A stretch of 64,000 bases of DNA from a virus: the IMG/VR virus record IMGVR_UViG_3300025000_000084, positions 7,611 to 71,610 of that record. One strand, 5' to 3'. Below are positions 45,864 through 54,756 of this stretch, piece by piece. Position numbers and translations under genes: made by a program. The notes under the pieces were generated by a model. That model made no database searches. It was not told the origin of the DNA and saw only the letters and a list, made by a program, of their open reading frames with translations. How positions within the stretch are numbered: the stretch's first letter is position 1; each line of letters begins with the position of its first letter.

Positions 45864-46676
45864 ATGATACTCCTGTTCAACACCTCCGCGCACACATATG
45901 TGAACATCGCAGACTATTTGGAGAGCATTGAGATCTCTGACGGGGTAAACTACCGGCTGTTGCTGCTCTTCAATCTCGATGACATCTTCACGGACACCAA
46001 AAAGAGAACCGCATGGAGAGCCCGGAACGCCAGGGACGAGCAGGGCAAGCCCATGGTTGACAAGTTGGTCCTCACCGATGATGACCGGTCCATGTTTGAC
46101 GACCTTATCAAGAAGATATCAGCAGAGGCCTTCCGCAAGGCAAGCGCCTGGGCCAAGGGGATCCCGGGAGCATACCGGCACAATGTCAAGTTTGGGGATC
46201 CGCAAGCCTCCGGCACCATCGTCAGCGGAGTAACCGCGTCCCTGTTTACCACCCCGGCTCAGGTACTTACCACCAACGAGCTCGCCGGCATGAAGTTTGT
46301 CATCACCTCCCCGGGACTTTCGATGAACCAGGAGAGGACCATCGTGAGCAATACGGCAGATACCATCGTTGTGGACTCAGCCTTTGCAGCTGATGTGACG
46401 GGATTGGAGTTTGCCGTGATGACACAGACAGATGACTTTATTATCTTCTACCTGGATATGGCAAACACCTGGGACATCAATCAGCTTATGGCCGCAACAG
46501 AGGCTATCAGAGAGGCGCTGGTGACGGGCTTTGTTAAAGAGTGGTATTTGTATAACCGGTACATGGATGATGCCGGCATTGAGGCCGTGGCCTATGCTGA
46601 GAGCCTGGAGAACATCAAGTCATTACTGTCACAGAGAAACACCCCCTACCGGAGATCCGGAGAAATCTTTTCTTGA
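45864..46676 (+). CDS. Probable virion structural/adaptor protein
   Basis: Helical termini (IREALVTGFVKEWY) with an inserted beta module; last late gene before the terminator. Confidence 0.5.
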   Translation: MILLFNTSAHTYVNIADYLESIEISDGVNYRLLLLFNLDDIFTDTKKRTAWRARNARDEQGKPMVDKLVLTDDDRSMFDDLIKKISAEAFRKASAWAKGIPGAYRHNVKFGDPQASGTIVSGVTASLFTTPAQVLTTNELAGMKFVITSPGLSMNQERTIVSNTADTIVVDSAFAADVTGLEFAVMTQTDDFIIFYLDMANTWDINQLMAATEAIREALVTGFVKEWYLYNRYMDDAGIEAVAYAESLENIKSLLSQRNTPYRRSGEIFS

Positions 46677-46710
46677 AGTCTGTTTTCATAATATGTTTAT
46701 TGGTTCTAAA

Positions 46711-46786
46711 TGAGAAAACCCCGCCTGACAAACGGGGTTTTCAACACGCAACGAAATGAGTGACGCTAATCGAGCACATTCTGACA
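46711..46786 (-). ncRNA. Predicted small RNA (about 75 nt)
   Basis: Minus-strand TATATTTG (46797-46790) with TTTG 22 nt upstream, reading into the terminator hairpin; too short for a tracked ORF. Confidence 0.5.
46714..46742. terminator. Bidirectional terminator hairpin
   Basis: GAAAACCCCG-CCTGACAAA-CGGGGTTTTC. Confidence 0.8.
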
Positions 46787-46985
46787 CCACAAATATAACT
46801 ATTTTTGGCAATGGAGAGGCAAAAGTTTTGCACCGTCTTAGATAAAAATCCGGTCTAAATCTCTAACTTGCATGCTCCGATTATAGCTTCCCGGAGGGCT
46901 CTGGCGTAAGAGAATTGTTCGAGAATGAAAACCGCAAATCTCTGCAACAATCACAAATATAATTGAATACAGAGATGCGAGAGTA

Positions 46986-47033
46986 TGACTCTTAATCAGC
47001 GGGTCCAGGGTTCGAGTCCCTGCAGACCGACCA
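46986..47033 (+). mobile_element. attP core: 3' half of tRNA-Lys(CTT)
   Basis: TGA-CTCTTAA-TCAG anticodon arm, CAGGG-TTCGAGT-CCCTG T arm, CAGACCG-A-CCA; no 5' half or D arm; about 170 bp upstream of the integrase. Confidence 0.85.
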
Positions 47034-47034
47034 G

Positions 47035-47063
47035 GAGACTGACATAAACGCAGTCTCTTTTTT
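47035..47063 (+). terminator. Terminator after the tRNA fragment
   Basis: GAGACTG-ACATAAACG-CAGTCTC-TTTTTT. Confidence 0.8.
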
Positions 47064-47201
47064 ATTGTATCATAGTGAGTTACGGACTTGAGAAAAATAC
47101 ATGCTGCATACATGCCGCCTACTTTGTTTTACTTTGAAAAGCAAAATACACTACATTTGTTAGCGGAATTGTTCGAGAATTAAAATGAGCACACCTGACA
47201 A

Positions 47202-48464
47202 ATGGCAAAATTCAAGACCGTTATTCTCGCCTCCGAGAAGAGGCAGGATAAAAAAAGCAATGTTAAGATCCGGGTAACACATAACCGGTACGTCCGTTTT
47301 GTTGCTACCGAGTATCATGTACTGGAGAAATACTTTGACCATGACTCCGGGACCATCCTCCCCGGTGGAGGGTTTACAGCCGACCAGGCTGACCGGGCCA
47401 ACGGCAAGATACAAATGCTCATCGGAGATATGGTGCGAAAGACCGAGGCCCTACGGAACCTCCGCTTTATGGATATGCCATCGCTTATGACCATCCTCCG
47501 GGACAAACACCGCGAGCAGGACCTTTACGCCCTGGTTGACGAGAGGATAAGCCGGCATGACGGGGAAGGGAATTTCAACTATGCAAAATGCTTCCGGTCC
47601 ACCAAGGCCGTATTGAAGGCATACACCAGCGCCAGGGTGGTCCCGTTCACAACTATTGACGCGGAGTGGCTCAAACGATATGAGAGGTGGATGCGCACCC
47701 ACGGCATCAGAAAAGAGACAAAGGGTATGTCTGCAAATAGCATCGGGGTACACATGCGAAACATCCGGACCGTTTACCGGGAGGCTATGGATATCGGGCT
47801 GACTGATCGCGCGGCATACCCCTTCCACCGCTACCGGATCCCCAGGGAAGATACACGCAAGCGAAACCTCACGGCCGAAGAGATGCAGAAGATCATTCAC
47901 GTTAAGTTGAGCAACCCAACTATGGCCTGGTCTCGGGACATGTTTCTGTTGAGCTTCTATCTTATAGGTATTAACATGCGGGATCTGATGTTCCTAACCT
48001 CAGAGAACATTGACGAGGGCAGAGTATATTATAGAAGGAGTAAGGGCAAGCAGGACTACTCTATTAAGATCTTCCCCGTGGCCCAGGCAATCATTGACCG
48101 ATACCCGGGCCGAAAGTTTATCCTTGACACCATGGAGCGATACACCGACTACCGGACCGCTACCAGGCTGATCAATAAGAAGCTCAAGGCGATTGCCACG
48201 GACCTGAAGATCACCAAGCCCGTCACAATCTATTGGGCCCGGCATACCTGGGCTACCGTAGCAATAGGCAAAGAGGTAGGTGCATCAAGGGACGTTATAC
48301 GTTATGCCTTGGGGCATGGCATTGGTAGCCTGGTAACAGATATTTACATACAATTCGACCTGTCCCAAGTAGATGCGGTAAACCGAAAAGTAATTAAGTT
48401 GGTTCAGATGCAGCCTAAACAGCCTCGCGCCGGATCAGTCCCTTCACGCGAAACAAAGCAATGA
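47202..48464 (+). CDS. int: Tyrosine integrase (Bacteroidetes type)
   Basis: Arm-binding N-terminus VKIRVTHNR, SAM-like domain, GINMRDL, RSKG, YWARHTWAT, LGH, TDIY. Confidence 0.95.
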   Translation: MAKFKTVILASEKRQDKKSNVKIRVTHNRYVRFVATEYHVLEKYFDHDSGTILPGGGFTADQADRANGKIQMLIGDMVRKTEALRNLRFMDMPSLMTILRDKHREQDLYALVDERISRHDGEGNFNYAKCFRSTKAVLKAYTSARVVPFTTIDAEWLKRYERWMRTHGIRKETKGMSANSIGVHMRNIRTVYREAMDIGLTDRAAYPFHRYRIPREDTRKRNLTAEEMQKIIHVKLSNPTMAWSRDMFLLSFYLIGINMRDLMFLTSENIDEGRVYYRRSKGKQDYSIKIFPVAQAIIDRYPGRKFILDTMERYTDYRTATRLINKKLKAIATDLKITKPVTIYWARHTWATVAIGKEVGASRDVIRYALGHGIGSLVTDIYIQFDLSQVDAVNRKVIKLVQMQPKQPRAGSVPSRETKQ

Positions 48465-49056
48465 TCTCGTCCCGCCTCATCTCATAGTCCTCAAACCGGG
48501 GATTCTCAGCGCCCAGCTTTAACACTCCTTCTGAGGGAGAGCTTTTAATATAGCGGACCGATGGCTCGCTGCTGGTGCATATCATATAAGCCTCTCCGTA
48601 GGCAATCGGCTCTCCGGCCTTTACCTCCTTACAGATAACAACATCACCCGACACGATCCGCGGTGCCATGCTATCACCGAACACATCCACGGCCAGCTCG
48701 CAATCTGAGTAGCCATGGATACGCATGCGGTCAACTGGCTCTTTATCCTCTTTAACAAGATTTTTGGATGCGCAGAACTCCTTCCTATAATATACAGTCC
48801 AGAGGTCGCGGCTCATTATCTCATCCTTATCCAACATCTTCCCCTTACCCAGGATCAGCCATCGGGCAGACACCTCCGGGAACGCTTCAAGAATTAAACT
48901 CAGGATCTCAAACGAGGGGTACCTGTCCGGGTGGTTGGCAAGCCTGGTTATGGATGTGTTTGCGGTGAAACCGAGTCTCACCGAGAGGGAGTTTTTGTTG
49001 AGCCGATAATAATACATCAGCTCTTTTAGCCGATCAGCAAAGGTGTAGGTGCTCAT
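48415..49056 (-). CDS. CI-like repressor (HTH plus S24 peptidase)
   Basis: N-terminal HTH, VSARWLILGKG, VFGDSMAP, YIK. Confidence 0.9.
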   Translation of the reverse strand: MSTYTFADRLKELMYYYRLNKNSLSVRLGFTANTSITRLANHPDRYPSFEILSLILEAFPEVSARWLILGKGKMLDKDEIMSRDLWTVYYRKEFCASKNLVKEDKEPVDRMRIHGYSDCELAVDVFGDSMAPRIVSGDVVICKEVKAGEPIAYGEAYMICTSSEPSVRYIKSSPSEGVLKLGAENPRFEDYEMRRDEIIALFRVKGLIRREAV

Positions 49057-49133
49057 TTATAAATAGTTAAACAAAATCAAGTCAGGTCAAGGCGTCAATC
49101 GTGCCGTATCAAATGTTAAAGAATGTTAAAATA

Positions 49134-49199
49134 TTTGCAAATACAACAAATGTGCAGTATATTTGCTTCAACATCAACGTAAGGCACACGACAAAGTTA
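49134..49199. promoter_or_regulatory. Lysis/lysogeny switch promoters
   Basis: Rightward TTTG(49134)-N20-TATATTTG(49158-49165) is a full Bacteroidetes consensus; leftward TAACTTTG at 49199-49192 faces it. Confidence 0.7.
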
Positions 49200-49205
49200 A
49201 GTAAA

Positions 49206-49514
49206 ATGAGTGGATTGACAATGCAAAACGAGAAAAAACTTACTCCCCGGTTCGGGACCCTGACAATAGATGAACAGCTGGCGGCCTTTATCAATGGGCT
49301 TATTGACAAAAAAATAGAGGTGGTAATGGATAACATTTCGCCTCGCTTTGTCACCCGCAGCCAGGCTATGAAGGAGATAGGCCGCAAGGCTTATGAAGAG
49401 GGGATCCGCACCGGACTGCTCACCCCAATAGCCAACGCCGGCCGTAATGCCAAGATCCGGATACGCCGGAGGGAGTATGAGATGTATATAGACTCGCTGG
49501 CACTTCATCAATAA
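49206..49514 (+). CDS. Excisionase/Cro-like DNA-binding protein (start 49206 or 49221)
   Basis: First gene divergent from the repressor; FVTRSQAMKEIG...KIRIRRREY. Confidence 0.6.
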   Translation: MSGLTMQNEKKLTPRFGTLTIDEQLAAFINGLIDKKIEVVMDNISPRFVTRSQAMKEIGRKAYEEGIRTGLLTPIANAGRNAKIRIRRREYEMYIDSLALHQ

Positions 49515-49538
49515 TATAAACTAACACGCAACTGACAA

Positions 49539-49748
49539 ATGAAAAATGACAACAATGGTTGCTCCACCTGCCCCAAGGGCGAAGAGAGATATGAGAGAAA
49601 TAGCTATTTCCGCAGAGGGAGAACGGAAACTTACTATGAATACGACTACCGCCATACCAGTGGCGCTCTCTTTACCTGTGTTAAACCTTCCCTCGAAGAG
49701 TGCAGGGCAGCCAGGGATCGTGCAATAGCAAACGGAACCCTTAGCTGA
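49539..49748 (+). CDS. DUF3873-like protein
   Basis: NGCSTC..GEERYE...YDYRHTSGALFTCVKPSLEECR..RD. Confidence 0.8.
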   Translation: MKNDNNGCSTCPKGEERYERNSYFRRGRTETYYEYDYRHTSGALFTCVKPSLEECRAARDRAIANGTLS

Positions 49749-49755
49749 TCAGGCC

Positions 49756-49953
49756 ATGACAACAATTACAATTGGTAGCAGAGTAGAAAGAACCCAACCC
49801 GGCGATTATACAGATGGTCGCAGGGGAAATGTGGTTGACCTCGAGGGTGACAGGATAAGAGTCAAATGGGATATGCACCCAAATGGCGTAATGATGGCAC
49901 ACCCTATTCGTACATGGGTGAATATTAAGAGGCTGGTTAAGATAGGTCACTAA
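49756..49953 (+). CDS. Small SH3-like hypothetical protein
   Basis: IGSRVER...GNVVD...IRVKWD...RTWV. Confidence 0.6.
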   Translation: MTTITIGSRVERTQPGDYTDGRRGNVVDLEGDRIRVKWDMHPNGVMMAHPIRTWVNIKRLVKIGH

Positions 49954-49966
49954 ACACAACTGACAA

Positions 49967-50158
49967 ATGACCGCAACAGTAAAGTACAACATCGGCACCT
50001 ACGAGGGAACCATGACTGTGGGGTGCAAGCCTGAAGATACACCCGAGATCATCATATCCAAGGCCGCTGTAATCATGGGAATGGCCACCTATCCATTCTC
50101 TATCAGCCGGTGGACCCACAACTGGAGAGTAATATCAAGAACTGACAATAACAACTAA
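49967..50158 (+). CDS. Small hypothetical protein
   Basis: 63 aa, preceded by the repeated leader motif. Confidence 0.6.
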   Translation: MTATVKYNIGTYEGTMTVGCKPEDTPEIIISKAAVIMGMATYPFSISRWTHNWRVISRTDNNN

Positions 50159-50170
50159 CACACAACTGAC

Positions 50171-50452
50171 ATGAGCACAATTACAACGATTCAGGAAGCC
50201 ATTGAAGAAAGGGCAAAGATAAAACTTGACCGCGATATTGATAAGTTGACTGAGGCCTACTGGCAGTTTTTGAGGGACCAGGATCTTACCAGTAACATAT
50301 CCATCAAGATCATGGCAAAAGATGGTACTACATCACACCCCTATATTAGCCAGCTCTTTCAGGCCGAGGCTGTGCTGACTCAGATAAAGGAAAAATATCT
50401 GCCGTCATATATCAGAGCCGAGATCTCCGCTATCCTAAACAACCCCAAATAA
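50171..50452 (+). CDS. Hypothetical protein
   Basis: 93 aa, preceded by the repeated leader motif. Confidence 0.6.
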   Translation: MSTITTIQEAIEERAKIKLDRDIDKLTEAYWQFLRDQDLTSNISIKIMAKDGTTSHPYISQLFQAEAVLTQIKEKYLPSYIRAEISAILNNPK

Positions 50453-50554
50453 ATGAAACTCACCCAACACGCCCGTAACGAGATCATCAGCTGCATTGTT
50501 GTGGCTCTGATCTTCGCCCTAATTGTCTATGCAGGACTTAAACTCGATTGGTGA
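50453..50554 (+). CDS. 33-aa membrane peptide (not in the ORF track)
   Basis: MKLTQHARNEIISCIVVALIFALIVYAGLKLDW; abuts the upstream gene, TGATG overlap downstream. Confidence 0.55.
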   Translation: MKLTQHARNEIISCIVVALIFALIVYAGLKLDW

Positions 50555-50937
50555 TGGCAGAGCAACGAGAATACGTCCTTTACCGCGAGCTGGCGGCATA
50601 CCTTCGGCTGCAGTACCCGAAGGTCCGGTTTCACTACGACTATGCTGGACTTGCACACACCAAAGCCCAAGCTGGACAGATGAAGGCCATCCAGCACTCC
50701 AAGGGCTTCCCTGATCTGACAATCATCAATCCCAACGGAGGGATCCTCTTCCTGGAACTAAAGGCCGAGGGTAATAATGTTTTCAAGAAGAACGGGGAGC
50801 TGATCTCTGACGAGCATGTGACCGAGCAGGCCATGTGGCTGTACGCCCTTAGTAGCGCCGGCTTCTCTGCATATTTCGCTACCGGGTTTGATCAAGCGAA
50901 ATTTATTATAGACACATTCCTGACAAAGAAACAATGA
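50554..50937 (+). CDS. VRR-NUC-like PD-(D/E)xK nuclease / resolvase
   Basis: GFPDL...LFLELK...EQ..WL..L...GF. Confidence 0.85.
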   Translation: MAEQREYVLYRELAAYLRLQYPKVRFHYDYAGLAHTKAQAGQMKAIQHSKGFPDLTIINPNGGILFLELKAEGNNVFKKNGELISDEHVTEQAMWLYALSSAGFSAYFATGFDQAKFIIDTFLTKKQ

Positions 50938-51203
50938 ACTACTTACTACCACTGCAGAAGGATCTCGAGATCCACCGGCAGCTTGTAAACCGTCCAACGG
51001 GAAAGTTTGACTATCTGCTATTCCACAAAGGAGAGCACATTGCCACGCGCAAGGATAATCGCGAGATGACCTTTGGCGCTGTCTATGTTGACCGCAACGG
51101 GGATATCTACCTTGACAGCCTCCGGGCCAACAAAGCCTCATTCGAGAACTACATCCTCGAGGACAACCGCACATACATTTTACCAGTAATAATTAAATCA
51201 TAA
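50934..51203 (+). CDS. Hypothetical protein
   Basis: 89 aa, ATGA coupling. Confidence 0.6.
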   Translation: MNYLLPLQKDLEIHRQLVNRPTGKFDYLLFHKGEHIATRKDNREMTFGAVYVDRNGDIYLDSLRANKASFENYILEDNRTYILPVIIKS

Positions 51204-51208
51204 ACGCA

Positions 51209-51925
51209 ATGATCACGGGCATTTATCAGATAAAATCCATGTGTAGGCCGGATAGAATATATATCGGTAGTGCCGTAAATTATGCACATAGGAGAAGGCG
51301 TCACCTAAATGCCCTGCGTCAAAACAGACACCACTCGATCAAATTGCAAAGACATTATAATACCTATGGTAAGGATGACTTGAGGTTTACCCTTATTCAT
51401 TCATGTTCTGTAGAAGAATTAATACAGGCAGAGCAGTTCTTTCTTGACTCTCATAAAACATATTTCAATACATGTAAGATTGCTGGTAGTTTATCCAGAA
51501 TTGGTATTCCTCATTCTGAAGAGACAAAAAGGAAGATCAAGTTAAACGGCAAAAATCATCTACCAGAATATCGGCTTAAAATGAGCCTTGCACTGAAGGG
51601 GAGAATAATTACCGAGGAGACCAAACAAAAAATGAGGGGCAGAAAGGTGTCCGATGAGACACGGATGCGAATGAGTAGGGCTCAAAAGGGACTAAAACGA
51701 AAACCGCGCGATCCTAAATTTCGAGAGGCTTTTTCAAGATGTCATATGAAGCCTGTACTTCAATATGACCTACAGATGAACCTTATCCGAGAATGGGATT
51801 GTGCAAAAAATGCAATGGCAGTTATTTCTCCGGGCACTACAAATACGGGGATTACCCATTGCATCAGAGGAAGAAAAAAAACCTATAAGGGATATATATG
51901 GAGATACGCACCAATAAATAAATAG
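51209..51925 (+). CDS. Free-standing GIY-YIG endonuclease with NUMOD3 and a NUMOD1-like C-terminus
   Basis: GIYQI...IYIGSAVN; KPVLQYDL...YKGYIWRY. Confidence 0.9.
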   Translation: MITGIYQIKSMCRPDRIYIGSAVNYAHRRRRHLNALRQNRHHSIKLQRHYNTYGKDDLRFTLIHSCSVEELIQAEQFFLDSHKTYFNTCKIAGSLSRIGIPHSEETKRKIKLNGKNHLPEYRLKMSLALKGRIITEETKQKMRGRKVSDETRMRMSRAQKGLKRKPRDPKFREAFSRCHMKPVLQYDLQMNLIREWDCAKNAMAVISPGTTNTGITHCIRGRKKTYKGYIWRYAPINK

Positions 51926-51928
51926 AAT

Positions 51929-53881
51929 ATGAAGACAACGTTAACGAAAATTACCATGAAAAACTTCATGGGTATCAGAGATCTGACAGCCTCATTTGGC
52001 AAAAGCACGACAATTCGAGGGGCGAATGCCACCGGAAAGACAACTATTATGAACGCTTTTTTGTGGGTACTTTTTAACAAGAACACAGATGATCGTACAG
52101 ACTTCAATGTGAAAACCTTGGGACCTGACGGAAAGGCCATACCCTATCTTGATCACGAAGTAGAAATGACTCTTCAGATTGATGATCAGGTATTGGTCCT
52201 TCGTAAGGTGCTCTCGGAAAAATGGACCAAAGCTAAAGGCAAGGCAGATGCAGAGTTCTCTGGTAATACTGCAACCTACTATATCAACGGAGTCCCGGTA
52301 ACCATGCGCGAGTTCAACCTGAAGGTGGAGACCATCTGCCCTCCGAACATCTTCAAGCTGCTCACCAACCCTCTGTACTTCCCATCAATGCCGTGGGAAC
52401 AACAGCGGTCCAAGCTCTTTGAGATGGCCGGGGAGGTGAGTGATGATGACCTTGCTCTTACCCCTGCCATGAAAGCCATGCTCCAGCACAAGGGAGACAA
52501 GTCAGTCGAGTGGTATAACCGTGAGATCACGGCCACCAAGCGCAAGATCAAGGAGGAGCTTGATGCTATCCCTGCCCGTATTGACGAGGTGAACCGCAAT
52601 ACCCCGGACCGGAGTAACTGGTCCGAGATAGAGAAGGAGATCGCATGGAGGGAAGAGAAACTCAAGAAGATCAACGAGGCCCTGGTAGATAAGTCCAAGG
52701 CAATGGAGGCCCATGCCGAGAGTATCCGTGGCCTTCAGGAAGAGATCAATAAACGCAAGACGCGCAGGCAGGCAATCGAGTTTGAGGTTGAATACAACGC
52801 CTCAAAGGATACCAAGGAGGCCGAGAATGCCGTGCGCCAGGCCGAGGATACCATTGCACTCAAAAAGAGCCGGCAGCAGGGGATAATCATCACCCAGGAT
52901 GACACGGCCCGGGAGATGGCAAGGCTCACCAAGCAGAGGGAGGAGTTGATAGCCGAATGGAAGGATATCAATGCCGTGCAGTTCTTTATGGACGAGAGCT
53001 CAATTATCTGCCCCACATGCAAGAGGCAGCTGGACGATGATGACATCATGGCCAGGCGCAAGGACATGGAGGCCAATTTCAATACCGATAAGGTCAAGCG
53101 CCTTGAGATCAACAAAGGCAAGGGCATGGCTGTGGCAGCGGAGATACAGAAGCTCAAGGACCAGCAGTTTGCCAATGAAGGACAGGCCAGCACCCTCTCA
53201 GCCGAGATTGATAAGCTCACCGAGCAATTACCCAAGCTCCGGGCAAAGGTCCCGCAGAAGAAGGCTGACCCCACTACATTGCTTGCCTCCCATGAGGAGT
53301 ACAACAGGGTAGGTGCCGAGATAGCAGACCTGGAGAAGAAGATCGCGGATACCAGCCCTGAAAAAGGAGAGATGCTCCTTGAGTATGAGACCGAGAGCGC
53401 ACCGCTGAAAAGGGAGATCGAGGAGTTTAAGAGCAAACTCAATGACCGGACCACCATCGAGAAGATGGACCTCCGGCATAAGGAGCTCAAGGCCGATCAG
53501 AAGAGGCTCTCCGAGGAGCTCTCTCAGCTCGAAAAGAAGGAGGCGCTGATCCATGACTATAACAAGCTCCGTATTGAGGCCATCGAGCAGAAAGTCAACG
53601 GCCGCTTTAAGCTGGTCCGCTTCAAGCTCTTTGACAACCTGATTAACGGGACCGAAACAGAAACATGCGTCCTGACCATTGAAGGAGTGCCCTATCCGGA
53701 TATTAACCATGCCGGTAAGATTGTGGGAGGTATGGATGTTATCTCCGCATTCAGCGAACACTACAATATGTATCTGCCTGTTTGGACGGACAATGCTGAA
53801 TCGGCCAACGAATTACCGAAGATGAAATCACAACAGATCAACCTTTATGTAACAACAGATGAGAAACTAATAATCGAGTAA
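51929..53881 (+). CDS. Rad50/SbcC-like SMC-type ATPase
   Basis: KNFMG, GANATGKTT, long coiled coil with a central CPTC hook, WTDNAES. Confidence 0.9.
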   Translation: MKTTLTKITMKNFMGIRDLTASFGKSTTIRGANATGKTTIMNAFLWVLFNKNTDDRTDFNVKTLGPDGKAIPYLDHEVEMTLQIDDQVLVLRKVLSEKWTKAKGKADAEFSGNTATYYINGVPVTMREFNLKVETICPPNIFKLLTNPLYFPSMPWEQQRSKLFEMAGEVSDDDLALTPAMKAMLQHKGDKSVEWYNREITATKRKIKEELDAIPARIDEVNRNTPDRSNWSEIEKEIAWREEKLKKINEALVDKSKAMEAHAESIRGLQEEINKRKTRRQAIEFEVEYNASKDTKEAENAVRQAEDTIALKKSRQQGIIITQDDTAREMARLTKQREELIAEWKDINAVQFFMDESSIICPTCKRQLDDDDIMARRKDMEANFNTDKVKRLEINKGKGMAVAAEIQKLKDQQFANEGQASTLSAEIDKLTEQLPKLRAKVPQKKADPTTLLASHEEYNRVGAEIADLEKKIADTSPEKGEMLLEYETESAPLKREIEEFKSKLNDRTTIEKMDLRHKELKADQKRLSEELSQLEKKEALIHDYNKLRIEAIEQKVNGRFKLVRFKLFDNLINGTETETCVLTIEGVPYPDINHAGKIVGGMDVISAFSEHYNMYLPVWTDNAESANELPKMKSQQINLYVTTDEKLIIE

Positions 53882-53883
53882 CA

Positions 53884-54750
53884 ATGACAAACAACGCACA
53901 ATCACAGCCGCCGGCTATCCAGCCGACACCGACACAGACGAACATCGCAAGGATGAGGTCCGTGCTGGACAATGTTTCAATCAAGAAACAGTTTGAGAAC
54001 GCCCTGGGCAAAGAGTCAGCCCCGTTCATTGCATCGGTCATGGAGATCTACTCCAGCGACAGTAAATTGATAGCATGCAACCCCGACCTGGTAGTGAAGG
54101 AGGCGCTCAAGGCAGCTATCCTCAAGCTCCCGGTGATTAAGGCCCTGGGACATGCTTACATCGTTCCTTACAACAAGAACGTTAAGAAGGATGACGGCAC
54201 TTGGGGTAAAGTGGCAATCCCGACATTCATCATCGGATACAAGGGGCTCATACAGCTCGCTATCCGGTCCGGCCAGTATGAAACCATAAATGCAGATGTG
54301 GTCTATAAGGGTGAGCTGCAGCTGGTGGATAAGATCTCCGGGGAGATAGCCTTTAAGGGCAATCGCACTTCAGATGATATTGAGGGCTACTTCGCATACT
54401 TCAAGCTGCTCAACGGATTCTCCAAAACTCTCTACATGTCTAAGGATAACCTCGAGGCTCATGCCAAGAAGTACTCAAAGACATGGGGATTAAAGGATGG
54501 TGTCTGGGAAACCAACCGCGATGAGATGGCTCTTAAAACAGTACTCCGCAACCTACTTACAAAGTGGGGTCTGCTTTCAATAGAGATGATAAGTGTAGTT
54601 GCCCAGGACGAGGACTTCAACGAGGACGAGGAGCATAAGAATGAGCCCGGAGGCAACGGCAAGAGTCTCATTGCTACCGATGTTCAGTATGAGGATGTGA
54701 ACGCTACCCCGAAAGAGGCTGAGGTGAAGGAAGAGGACCCGGGATACTAA
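53884..54750 (+). CDS. recT: RecT-family single-strand annealing protein
   Basis: LGHAYIVPY, FIIGYKGLIQLAIRSGQY, MALKTVLR. Confidence 0.92.
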   Translation: MTNNAQSQPPAIQPTPTQTNIARMRSVLDNVSIKKQFENALGKESAPFIASVMEIYSSDSKLIACNPDLVVKEALKAAILKLPVIKALGHAYIVPYNKNVKKDDGTWGKVAIPTFIIGYKGLIQLAIRSGQYETINADVVYKGELQLVDKISGEIAFKGNRTSDDIEGYFAYFKLLNGFSKTLYMSKDNLEAHAKKYSKTWGLKDGVWETNRDEMALKTVLRNLLTKWGLLSIEMISVVAQDEDFNEDEEHKNEPGGNGKSLIATDVQYEDVNATPKEAEVKEEDPGY

Positions 54751-54756
54751 GGAGCT

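Larger units (their letters stand above)
46912..47180 (+). repeat. Integrase arm-type direct repeats flanking the att core
   Basis: GAATTGTTCGAGAAT at 46912-46926 and 47166-47180, each preceded by an imperfect copy. Confidence 0.7.

Noticed and set aside
46950-47033. Complete tRNA-Lys gene
   Set aside because: No 5' acceptor strand or D arm upstream of the anticodon stem. CGGTCTA at 46851 matches 6 of 7 bases but is not followed by a D arm, so it is treated as chance.
52279-53761. Long antisense ORFs (for example 52735..53490, 34240..34914, 708..1226)
   Set aside because: They are shadow frames of well-supported genes on the opposite strand and have no recognisable motifs.
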